The notes beneath the pieces were generated by a model that searched no databases, was not told the DNA's origin, and was given only the letters and a program-made list of their open reading frames with translations. The translations under genes and the position numbers were made by a program. DNA of 50,454 nucleotides from Nemertoderma westbladi (lineage: Eukaryota; Animalia; Xenacoelomorpha): assembly GCA_032718475.1 (NCBI GenBank), contig JAUCBJ010001789.1:1-50454 (forward strand). The letters run 5' to 3'. Position 1 is the stretch's first letter. Each line of letters begins with the position of its first letter. Positions 28,601-38,170 of the stretch are shown one piece after another.

Positions 28601-30149
28601 ATAGAAATCACTCCAGTCAATTAGATTTGTTTCCCTGAGTTTTGTAAAGTCGTTCGAACGAGTTTGAAAAGGTCGGGGAAACAAACTTGATTCGGTGATT
28701 GTTGGTATAGAAACCACTCCAGCCAATTAGATTTGTTTCCCTGAGTTTTGTAAAGTCGTTCGAACGAGTTTGAAAAGGTCGGGGAAACAAACTTGATTCG
28801 GTGATTGTTGGTATAGAAATCACTCCAGCCAATTAGATTTGTTTCCCTGAGTTTTATAAAGTCGTTCGAACGAGTTTGAAAAGGTCGGGGAAACATAACT
28901 TGATTCGGTGATTGTTGGTATAGAAATCACTCCAGTCAATTAGATTTGTTTCCCTGAGTTTTGTAAAGTCGTTCGAACGAGTTTGAAAAGGTCGGGGAAA
29001 CAAACTTGATTCGGTGATTGTTGGTATAGAAATCACTCCAGTCAATTAGATTTGTTTCCCTGAGTTTTGTAAAGTCGTTCGAACGAGTTTGAAAAGGTCG
29101 GGGAAACAAACTTGATTCGGTGATTGTTGGTATAGAAACCACTCCAGCCAATTAGATTTGTTTCCCTGAGTTTTGTAAAGTCGTTCGAACGAGTTTGAAA
29201 AGGTCGGGGAAACAAACTTGATTCGGTGATTGTTGGTATAGAAATCACTCCAGCCAATTAGATTTGTTTCCCTGAGTTTTATAAAGTCGTTCGAACGAGT
29301 TTGAAAAGGTCGGGGAAACATAACTTGATTCGGTGATTGTTGGTATAGAAATCACTCCAGCCAATTAGATTTGTTTCCCTAAGTTTTGTAAAGTCGTTCA
29401 AACAAGTTTGAAAAGGTCGGGGAAACAAACTTGATTTGTGATTGTTGGTATAGAAATCACTCCAGCCAATTAGATTTGTTTCCCTAAGTTTTGTAAAGTC
29501 GTTCAAACGAGTTTGAAAAGGTCGGGGAAACAAACTTGATTTGTGATTGTTGGTATAGAAATCACTCCAGCCAATTAGATTTGTTTCCCTAAGTTTTGTA
29601 AAGTCGTTCAAACAAGTTTGAAAAGGTCGGGGAAACAAACTTGATTTGTGATTGTTGGTATAGAAATCACTCCAGCCAATTAGATTTGTTTCCCTAAGTT
29701 TTGTAAAGTCGTTCAAACGAGTTTGAAAAGGTCGGGGAAACAAACTTGATTTGTGATTGTTGGTATAGAAATCACTCCAGCCAATTAGAATTGTTTCCCT
29801 GAGTTTTGTAAAGTTTTCAACTCGTGAAGTGAAAAGTTTTCACAATAGAGACTTACAGAACATTATTAATTGAATTGTTGTGAAATAAAATCCAGTATGT
29901 TAAACCAACAACAACATAGTTGTTACAGGCCACCCACCTATTTACAGAACAGAAGTTGCTAAGATCGGCAGCTTGAAATTTTTACCGATATTAGGTTAAT
30001 TTTGTTACGGATTCCATTGAACTATTTGATATGAAACATTATAAATATTCCCCCGACGAGAATATGTTTAAGTCTTTCGATAAATAGAAGAGATAAAGAC
30101 TATTGAAACATAAAGTTAGTTTCGAGAATAACTGCAGCGACGCAAACAT

Positions 30150-30155
30150 TTTAAT
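30150..30155 (-). promoter_or_regulatory. Possible variant polyadenylation signal (ATTAAA) for SETD1
   Basis: TTTAAT on + (ATTAAA on -) about 120 nt past the stop codon. I saw no AATAAA on the minus strand between the stop and the satellite. Confidence 0.3.
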
Positions 30156-30276
30156 TTGCAAATAAATTAAAACTGTTAAATCCTAAAATATATCAACAAA
30201 ACGTTAGAAAAAGAGGTTCAATGAATGAGTGACGAAGTTACAGACAAAAAAAATAGAAAACAACGAGACATTGCGG

Positions 30277-32634
30277 CTAGTTTAATGTTCCTCTACAGTT
30301 TGGATGTTTACAGAAACAAGGAAGTTTCTCGTCTTCTAAAGGAAACTTATAATCGTAAGTGACTTCCTCGTGTTTCTTTATAGTTCGTAACGAATAAATA
30401 ACAATCTTCTTCCTATTGTCCACGGTAACGACCTTAGCGTAACAGTTAGGGTTGCACGAGTGATTAATAAAGCGACCGATATTCCCTGACTTAGTAGCGT
30501 CTATGATCATATCCCCGTCGACTCGGAACAAATAGGAACTCCCTATACCCTGTTTCTCGTAACCGGCCTCGCGAATATCCCCGATGATCGCTCGAACGCT
30601 CGAACCGACGTACTCAATGACCATATCGTTGGCGGGGATCGTTTCCAACGCGAATAAACCCCATCCGTGGATCTTGGAACGCGCGAATTTAACGCACTTC
30701 TTCCGGTATTTCAACTGGTTGAATTTAAGAAGATCGGATGTTTCGACTCCCCCGAACTCGGAAGCGACTCTCCGTTGGAAGAGTCGCGCCTCCCGCTTGA
30801 GTTCCTTCTCCGACGCTTTTTTCCCGGCCTTCACGGCGTCCGGATCCACGTCGGCCTCCTTGTTGAGCGAGAGGAGCTCGGCGCTGCGAGCCGCGTGATC
30901 TTTCACCTTGTCGGCTCGACTGACCCGGTAGTAACCCTGGCAGCGAGCGCACCCCGCCGAGTGGCCCCCCGACGACTCGGGGCGTCGCGATGGGGGCGAC
31001 GCGACGCCCGGTGCGTCGGTCGCCGGATGACCGATCCAGTGGGTCTCATTCGCGAAGAACGGCGGATCATCCCTATCCACCAAAGCCGCGTAACTCGCTC
31101 GCAGCAACTCGACGTCCTCCCCGGACAACCCGTCGCTTAGGAACCGGTAGACCACGGACATCTCCTCCTCGAGAGACCGCGGGGGCTTCTTTACGCCCTC
31201 TAGTGGCGGAACGCGCACAGGCGCCGCTGGTTTTCTCTCGCGATACGCCGGCCAGGAATCCAACAGATTCTTAAGTTCGCGTTCCGATTGGCCCTTAGCG
31301 CGCTTCCGGGATTTAACCAACGGTTTAGCGGTCGCCGTAGTGTAAGCGGGAGGCCGCGCAGGTGCCGCGCGTTGCGTTGGCGCAGACGGACGATGCGTGG
31401 ACGCAGACGGGCGTTGCGTGGATGCAGACGGGCGTACGGGCGACGGTTTAGGCGCGGCTCCGGGGGGCAGCGAGTAGCAGTGCTCCAACCGGTACGGATC
31501 CCCCGTAGTCGCCGCCGCTAACTCGTCCAACTTCGCTCGTTGCAACGCCCGACGCGCCTCCAACGATTCCCGATGCGCCGATTTTATTACCTTGGCTACG
31601 TCGCTGGCGGCTCGAGCGACGAGCTCGTCGGAGCGATCGAGCGCCGCCGAACGGATCACGTCGACGCCGCCCACGTTGCTCCGCCGCAACTGGAACATAT
31701 CGTGGGAGACGGAACCCGGGAGGAACTCATCGGAAGTGTCGTCGTCGTCGTCTGGACCCGATAACGTCGTACCGGAGCTGTAAGGAGACGTCGATACCTT
31801 ACCGAGCGGGCCAACCGAGCCGACCGAGCAGTAGGAATGTTCCGCTAACAACGTGGCCAAGCGCTTCCTAGGCGGCGAATCGCTAATCTCCTCGTCGATG
31901 CTTCTCTTAACCGCCTTACTAGGTTGAACGAGTTCATCAACAACCGGCTCCTCGGCAAGTTTATCATCGATTCTATCGACATCGTCGTCTTCAGAGAATA
32001 TATCGTGTTCCAGTCTCTCGATCTGCTCGAGTATCTCCTTTTGTCTCTTGGCATCGTTGGCGTAACTAACTTCCCCCTCTTCGAGCTCCCCTAGTTCCAG
32101 CCCGTCCTTGGGGACACCATCGACTACGGCATCCGATTCAACCGGCCGAGACACGGCGACACTTTTATCTTCCACAGACTGAATCACATCGACTGGCTCA
32201 TCTTCTTCCAGGGTCTTTCCTACGTCCGCAACCCGAGTATCTACTAATCCCCTCTCGCTGTCAACCAGCGCACTCAACGGAAGCCCCCCACATTGGTCCA
32301 GAACTTCCCCCCTGTCTGCCCCCTTGGTCCCACCCACTTCCCCCGTGTCTGCCCCCTTGGTCCCACCCACTTCCCCCCTATCTGCCCCCGCACTACGACC
32401 GATTTCCCCCCTATTGAACTGTCCCCCCAGTACCGCCCCCTCACTGTCCCCCCGAGTATCGAACCCTAGCGTTTCCCCCTGGAACAGCGTCCCAATCCCG
32501 TCCTCTCCGTTCACAACCAGTTTATCTTCGATATCCCGGTCACTCAGTTCGTCCTGCACATCGGTCTCCTCATCGTAATCATCATTCCTCGATTCAACTT
32601 CCGACTCATCGCTGTCTTCCCTTCCGGAGAGCCG
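30277..32634 (-). CDS. SETD1: Histone H3K4 methyltransferase SETD1/Set1, coding exon 2 (acidic region, HCF-binding motifs, N-SET, SET, post-SET)
   Basis: C-terminus has LLKFNQLKYRKK...SKIHGWGLFA...MVIEYVG...GIGSSYLFR...RFINHSCNPNCYAK...EEVTYDYKF...CFCKHPNCRGTLN*, typical of SET1-family enzymes. Win motif GCARCQGY at 30931-30954; EHSY and EHCY (D/E-H-x-Y) motifs. Acceptor TTTTTTCAG|CGG at 32635/32634 is in frame (phase 0) with the ORF. Confidence 0.95.
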   Translation of the reverse strand, partial: RLSGREDSDESEVESRNDDYDEETDVQDELSDRDIEDKLVVNGEDGIGTLFQGETLGFDTRGDSEGAVLGGQFNRGEIGRSAGADRGEVGGTKGADTGEVGGTKGADRGEVLDQCGGLPLSALVDSERGLVDTRVADVGKTLEEDEPVDVIQSVEDKSVAVSRPVESDAVVDGVPKDGLELGELEEGEVSYANDAKRQKEILEQIERLEHDIFSEDDDVDRIDDKLAEEPVVDELVQPSKAVKRSIDEEISDSPPRKRLATLLAEHSYCSVGSVGPLGKVSTSPYSSGTTLSGPDDDDDTSDEFLPGSVSHDMFQLRRSNVGGVDVIRSAALDRSDELVARAASDVAKVIKSAHRESLEARRALQRAKLDELAAATTGDPYRLEHCYSLPPGAAPKPSPVRPSASTQRPSASTHRPSAPTQRAAPARPPAYTTATAKPLVKSRKRAKGQSERELKNLLDSWPAYRERKPAAPVRVPPLEGVKKPPRSLEEEMSVVYRFLSDGLSGEDVELLRASYAALVDRDDPPFFANETHWIGHPATDAPGVASPPSRRPESSGGHSAGCARCQGYYRVSRADKVKDHAARSAELLSLNKEADVDPDAVKAGKKASEKELKREARLFQRRVASEFGGVETSDLLKFNQLKYRKKCVKFARSKIHGWGLFALETIPANDMVIEYVGSSVRAIIGDIREAGYEKQGIGSSYLFRVDGDMIIDATKSGNIGRFINHSCNPNCYAKVVTVDNRKKIVIYSLRTIKKHEEVTYDYKFPLEDEKLPCFCKHPNCRGTLN

Positions 32635-33395
32635 CTGAAAAAATCGAGAAAATAATTAATTCATCTCAGAAATTATACGAATAAAGGTATATATAATTAA
32701 TAAATTTGATTAAATACAAAATGTCAACACATCCCCCTTAATAATATACACCATCTCCCTTAATACAACAACCATTTTTAGATGGTCGGAGACCCCCCCG
32801 TACGAGCCAGGCCGGATTTTTCAATTTATGAGGTATTTTGATACAACAAGCCGTTAAAAACGCCTTTTTAGCAACATATAACCATCTCTGTTGACTTTAT
32901 TTTTCTATCTTTTGAATTTAATCTAGATATTATCAGAACCGCCTACATCTGTAGATTCCTAATCTGAAAACCGTTTAACAATTTATAAAAAAATGCCCAA
33001 GATATTAGCAAAATAATAATGTATAAATTTTGAGACATAAATCGCTATAATTCTAATAGCAAAAAAATGATTGTCGGCCCTTTACTTGGTGAGTCACAAA
33101 TTGCATTTTAGCTTTGAATACTTTGATACAAATAGCGCGTGGCAATTTAATTCCAAAACATTCGACAATATAATTAGTTGATTTAAATGTTAATTATTTA
33201 GTCAAAACTTTAGAATGACATTCTCAGCAATATCTCAAGCAAATGTTTATAGTTTGGGAATCCTTGCATGGCCAGCTTTCAAGGTATACTAAATAATATT
33301 TGCGTATTATTATTATTGCTTATACAGGAACTTCAACAGAAGCACTCTGATATTAATTTAATCACTAATTCTGTGCAGATCAACTGAGGGAGGAA

Positions 33396-33615
33396 TTGGA
33401 TGAACAATGTAAAACCCCAACATTACCAGTTATCTCGCCAGTCACAGTAAGAATGGCTACCGGTATCAAATCTCTGACTATTGAAAAGAGTCCAGACGTT
33501 GTTGTTTTAACTGTTGAACACCTCACTAGTTTGAAAGAAACAGTCATTTGTGAAGTTCTGGCCGATATATATAACACCTGCTGGCGGACTGGTGATGTCC
33601 CCACATCAGCTCGGA
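33396..33615 (+). mobile_element. Degenerate non-LTR retrotransposon (LINE) fragment, N-terminal part of the RT domain
   Basis: Translation IKSLTIEKSPDVVVLTVEHL...EVLADIYNTCWRTGDVPTS resembles the LINE pre-RT pattern (I..L...KSPG.DG...EHL...L..L.N.....G.VP..W). Confidence 0.7.
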
Positions 33616-33680
33616 TTTACCTTTAAAATGCACGTTATAGACACAAACGTATTCGCACAGATTACGACGGATCTAGGACA

Positions 33681-33737
33681 CCCCCCCCCCCCCCCCCCCC
33701 CCCCATTAGGTGGGGAAGCGTCCGGGGGGGGGGGGGG
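33681..33737. repeat. Poly-C (24 nt) and poly-G (14 nt) homopolymer pair
   Basis: C24 at 33681-33704 and G14 at 33724-33737. Confidence 0.9.
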
Positions 33738-34544
33738 AAGCCTTCCACCCGCACGGGGGGTTGTCCGGTCACCATTACGACAGATATAAGACTTGAAGTA
33801 AAAGGTATGACAATATGTGACTGAACAAGATATTTAAATTGCATTTAAAATCCATAAAAGTCTGTTTGAGTCTGAGTCCCAAAACTGAAATAAAATGTGA
33901 CGTATTAAAATGGATAAAAACGAATATGCGTGGAACGGATATGCGTGGAACGAATGAGGAACGTTGGTCGTTAAAATAATTATTCCAACTCGTTGTGGTT
34001 AAATATTAAATTAAACAATACAAAAGTAATCCTTGATTCACCGCCGTTTGCCCGCCAAAGAAATTGATTGGAGATCGAAACACGCCGAGATAAATTCTGC
34101 GTTTGCAATGTCCGTAGAGGTTGGTGCGCCAAGTGTGAGCCGTTCCACGAGCGATTTCTTGACCTAAAGGTACATGAGCACCGATTCGATCTGTGGCAGC
34201 GGGTGCTCGGCTGCTGCGCTCCTGTACCCACAGTTAGGGCACTCGTTATGGCGCGCTAGCGTACCCACGACCTATCGGTAAGCTTCCTGGGAGATCGGTC
34301 TCAGATTGGTCAAGGTATAGGGTCAAAAGGATAAGGTCAAAACACCCTTTGTATATCTCGGTTTCAACCTCAGCATCCTAGAGTCAACTGTCTAAAAGAA
34401 TGTATACAGCGAATTGCAATAATTTCAAACCAATTCCATCAAAAAGCATGGACGTCCCGGTTTTTTACGAGTGATACAATTGGATATCTCTGACGGGCTA
34501 TAGAAGTGCCCAGCATCTCATATTCCGCGCGGTTCCTTGCAGGG

Positions 34545-34690
34545 TCAATCAGTAATGTGGAACTTAATCATCTTGAAATACTATTATCGAAAGGCTATTC
34601 GTTGTTTATTATTCCTGGGACCCTACACTGGTAACTCCATTCTATACGAGCTGTTGGGATCATTTGATCCTGCCTACGTCATAATATTCA
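34545..34690 (+). mobile_element. Degenerate LINE ORF2 fragment, post-RT region (frameshifted)
   Basis: Two frames combine to ISNVELNHLE/YYRKAIRCLLFLGPYTGNSILYELLG, resembling LINE post-RT motifs (L..LE...RK.LR.I..LP..T.N..LY.LLG). Same strand as the 33396 fragment. Confidence 0.45.
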
Positions 34691-34922
34691 CTGTAGATAC
34701 GGGTATACTGGGCTTGGTTCAACAATCGAAAAGTTTGGAGATGGTAACTAAACTACGCTGTAATGCCAAGCAGGAACTTCTTCCAAGCTTCTCACATGGA
34801 AATACAACACGAACTCTATATTAGGTCGACTGGACGTGGACATGGATCAGTTTTCTACTACTGACCAGATCAAATGTAATTTTATCCAGGACTGTTATTA
34901 TATAGAGTAAAACTGGAGGGAA

Positions 34923-35230
34923 GTATTAATTGCATGGTGATATTAATTAAATAAATGAATTGTAGTACGTTGTGTTGTAATATGCAAATAAAGACTGCCT
35001 GTAGAAGTGAAATAAATAGAAAGTCGAATGTCAGGGGAGAATAGCTGAACCTATTAGCGCTACTGAAGAGGCCTGATAGGCCGAAACGTACGTATAGCGC
35101 TGGTTCAATCCCCGGTGACGCGCTTTCTCATTTTTTTTTCCATTTCTGAATAACTTATTACAATATCATTCATTAAAGTTGCATTAACAGCTCAACTACA
35201 ATTCATTTGATTATTAATATTTTTTAATAC
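34923..35230. repeat. ~308-bp interrupted fold-back centred on the hammerhead
   Basis: Nested complementary pairs: GTATTAA/TTAATAC, ATATTAAT/ATTAATAT, AAATGAATTGTAGT(34953-34966)/ACTACAATTCATTT(35195-35208), TTGTAATA/TATTACAA, GAAAG/CTTTC, GTCA/TGAC, GGGGA/TCCCC, TGAACC/GGTTCA. Confidence 0.8.
35046..35107 (+). ncRNA. Type I hammerhead ribozyme; predicted cleavage after GUA at 35094
   Basis: Stem I AGCGCTA(35056-62)/TAGCGCT(35095-101), extended by TGAACC/GGTTCA across a TATT bulge. Core CTGAAGA (35063-69); stem II GGCCT-GAT-AGGCC; GAAA (35083-86); short palindromic stem III ACGTACGT; cleavage triplet GTA. Confidence 0.9.
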
Positions 35231-35636
35231 CGATACTGTACTGTTACCGGTATCAGAGAAATGCATGGCGAATCTCGGAGAAATCCGGAATCGAGCTTCC
35301 TGCCAATGGCGCAACGGCATTGTACTATGGCGCTACATTAAGCGCCAAAAAAACCCGATTTTGGGAAATGAATCTTCGGAAGTATAATCACATTCGATTC
35401 AGCGGGGGACCTACTAGAACTAACCAACAAAGTCACACCACTAGTTATTAAAATATCAATATTTTGACATTATTTCTTGGGACTATCGTACTAAATTTAT
35501 TCATGAAAATTATTTCATTCAATCCAACTCAGTTTTTGAAGTGTTCTCCGATAATTTTCTCACCTGCAGCACTGCAGCACAAATTTCGCAGGGTTTCGAT
35601 AACTATCTAAATTGAAATAAACCAGGTACAACTCAC

Positions 35637-37700
35637 CTCAGTTCGCTCCTCGTCGCTGGACGAACTCTCTTCGATTAGTTTCCTCGTCGGTCTGTCGTCC
35701 TCGTCGGACCCAACAGCCGTCTGAGCAACACTGTCGGACGGTTTCTCGGGGGACTCGTGTTTAATCTTAAACGACCGCATATTCCTCAAGGAATCCTTCA
35801 AACCGAGGTTGAAGGTGAAACCCGAGATACCGGAGTCGAGTTTCTGGAATAGATCCGCGGCGCTGTCCACACTGGGCGCGGGGGCGCGCACAGGGGAGAC
35901 CAACAGGGGCGCCCCTAGCGGCGGACGCTCGAACTGGAACTCGCTGTCGACATACCACTTCTCGAACGTCGGGAAGGCGGTGTTTTCGACGAATCGTCGT
36001 TGGAAATCGCGATTCATCGCCGATTTTAGTTGTCGGACCACGGCGCGGAGCACCGCGGAAACCGTCCGCTCCGGCAGACTGTCCGTCGGCCTTCGGCCCT
36101 CGTTGTCGGCCACCAACCTTCGCTCCTCTCTGCGCCGTTGCCTCGGCGACGGACGGGACTCGGCTCGTCTCCACGGCGACCCCGGGGGCTCCCGTTTGGT
36201 CGGCGTCACCACCCCGACCATCCGCAGTGCCCCGTAGGGGTTCTCGTGGCTGTGCCAACTGTTCTGGTCCCAGGAGGCGACGTGGGGCGTCTTGGCTTCG
36301 GTCCACTCAGGGCTGCTGAGCGGGGACATTGCCATGGTGATATCCTCTATGGGGCTGCCGCGGGGAGGGGCGGGGGGCGGCGGAGGGGGCAGCGGGGGCG
36401 GCGCTCCCGGTGGCAACGACTCCGGGAGTTTAGGCTCTTGGAAAATCTCCGCGATTCGACTCTCTAAACTCTTCTTCTGCTGCACCGCGGTTGTAATCTC
36501 GGACTGTGATTGCCGGACTGGCGGCGGGGTACGATTCCTTCTAACTCTCGGATCCGCGTTGTAATTTACTCGCTCGGTTTCCCGCTGTCGGTGTTGTTTA
36601 TATTCTTTATAATTATCGAACTGGTAGTTGGAAGCCCGTTGGGAAACCCCGCTATCCCTATGATCTCGATAACTCCACGAACCGCGAGGTTCAGAGCTGC
36701 GGAACTCCCCGTTGAATCTCGACGGCCGGTCGCCGTTGATAACTTCCAAGACGTGCGATCGAAGGGATTGAAAGTCGCCGGTTTCATCAGGGTCATCGGG
36801 TCTCAACGAGTTGACTACAGTGATTGGCTGACCGGCTGAAGTGTCGTGACTGACTCGAGACTGTCTAGAACTCGAGGACGCATCAGGGGTATGTCTATGG
36901 CGGCTTTGCCTGGGTTCTGGATCAGTTCTAGAACTATATTTCAAGGGGGTCGGCGGGGGGGCTGGTTTATTCTGAGGTTTTATTATTTTAAGGACAGGAG
37001 TTTTCAATGGCGGGAGAGGTTTTGATGCAGATTCCGATTTATAATGATTTATTGGTACCGGTAACTGATGCGGTTTGGATTGGCACAAAGATTTAAACCA
37101 TTTTCGAATCTCAACGAATTGAGTGTCTAATTTTACAGTAATTATATTTCCCATTACTGAAGTATCGTGAAGTTTCTCCACACAGGCCTCAGAACTTTTA
37201 ACCGACTTAAATGTAACTTTCGCTAGTCCCAAATGTTTCTTAGTATCAGGGTGGTACAATATCTCAAGACTCGAAATTTCACCAAATTCAAAGCACATTT
37301 TTCCCAGAAAAGAATCATTAATATTATCATTTAAATTACGAAACGATACATGCTTAGGCGGAGGGACCCCGCAATAATATTCATCAATTTTGAAAGGCGG
37401 AACGGGAAAGTCGCCTTTCTCTTTCGGTTCCCACATTCGCTTAAACATGGGTCTCGGATCTACGACATCTATAGTGCCACGAGAAGTGTGTCCATCGTAT
37501 CTGTAGTGTTTCTCTCTATGTTTACCGGACGGCAGAGCGGGGTCTACTACCAGTTTATAGGCTCGCCATTTTGGAGGGTGTTGAGATGATGGACGTACAG
37601 GGGCTGTGGGGTGTTGGCGTCCGGGTATGGGATGGGTAGCAGTTGTGCTCGAGAGTTTTGGTTTCGGTGGAGTTGCGTAATTCTCCCGGAGAACTTCCAT
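35637..37700 (-). CDS. SETD1: SETD1/Set1 coding exon 1 (N-terminal region, RRM, Pro/Ser-rich linker); start at ATG 37700 or 37715
   Basis: WRAYKLVVDPAL...KHYRYDG...VVDPR...FPVPPFKIDEYY...VSFRNLNDNI...KKHLGLAKVTF...TSVMGNIITV is the conserved SETD1 N-terminus plus RRM. MNRDFQRRFVENTAFPTFEKW is also a conserved SETD1 block. Spliced product is about 1473 aa from ATG 37700. An additional upstream exon cannot be excluded. Confidence 0.9.
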
Positions 37701-37998
37701 TATATTGATGGGCATAACAAATATATACCGGCATATATAATACATATATAGAGACAATAAATAGGTTCAGATCAGACTAAACTACACGGAATCCCTGTTA
37801 TAGGTAAATTTTGACATGAGAAAAACTTTCCACACGGTCAAAAGTTTATAATTCATTGATAATTTCGAATTATATAGGCTTATATAGGCAATAGGCCTAC
37901 TTAAAAAAGGGGTCTGGCATCAGTATCTCACATACTGCGCGAAGGTCTCTTAAATGTTTCAATAGATTGATTCAGTATCGAACGTGCTGCCCTGGTGG

Positions 37999-38170
37999 GG
38001 TCCGACGAATCTGCAGAAAAAAGTACAAAAAAATACAAAATAGTACAATATAGTACAAAAGAATACAAAAGAGTACAATAAAGTGCAAAAATAATGCAAA
38101 AGAGTGCAAAAATAGTACAAAAGAGTACAAACGAGTGAGAAATGCTTGCAAACCGTGTATACAAGTGAAG
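37999..38170 (+). mobile_element. Orphan terminus of a MULE-like non-autonomous element (copy A)
   Basis: GGTCCGACGAATCTG followed by A-rich AGTACAAAA/AGTGCAAAA repeats and ACGAGTGAGAAATGC. Closely similar copy at 39626; terminus resembles the TIR of the 38908 MITE. Confidence 0.5.

Larger units (their letters stand above)
1..29814. repeat. Tandem satellite DNA array, 106-bp monomer (105/107-bp and rare 63-bp variants), roughly 275-280 copies; runs off the left edge of the window
   Basis: Consensus TTCGGTGATTGTTGGTATAGAAATCACTCCAGCCAATTAGATTTGTTTCCCTGAGTTTTGTAAAGTCGTTCGAACGAGTTTGAAAAGGTCGGGGAAACAAACTTGA repeats head-to-tail with few substitutions. The ORF track shows the same 106-bp periodicity. 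The last monomer ends at ...TTTTGTAAAGT (29814). Confidence 0.99.
32635..35636 (-). other. SETD1 intron, 3002 bp, GT-AG, phase 0
   Basis: Donor GAG|GTGAGT at 35637/35636 and acceptor TTCTCGATTTTTTCAG at 32635 join the two long ORFs in frame (...SDEERTE|RLSGREDSDE...). Confidence 0.88.

Noticed and set aside
37-29743. Hundreds of 60-180 aa ORFs (MAGVISIPTITESSLF...)
   Set aside because: They are translations of the satellite, mostly from non-ATG starts. Frames rotate with the 106-bp period and lengthen only where 105-bp monomers occur. No domain is recognisable.
1-29814. CRISPR array or repeat-spacer system
   Set aside because: There are no unique spacers: the whole unit repeats and the three inserts are copies of the flank. 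The context is eukaryotic and no cas genes are present.
1-29814. CENP-B box or hammerhead core in the monomer
   Set aside because: TTCG and CGGG occur but not at the TTCGNNNNANNCGGG spacing. CTGAGAA and CTGAGTT do not match CUGANGA followed by stem II and GAAA.
35607-35636. Treating the 716-aa and 760-aa ORFs as two separate genes
   Set aside because: They are the N- and C-terminal halves of SETD1 joined by canonical in-phase splice sites; VSCTWFISI is intron read-through.
30584-37589. Overlapping and antisense ORFs within the SETD1 exons
   Set aside because: Shadow ORFs of GC-rich coding sequence with no independent motifs.
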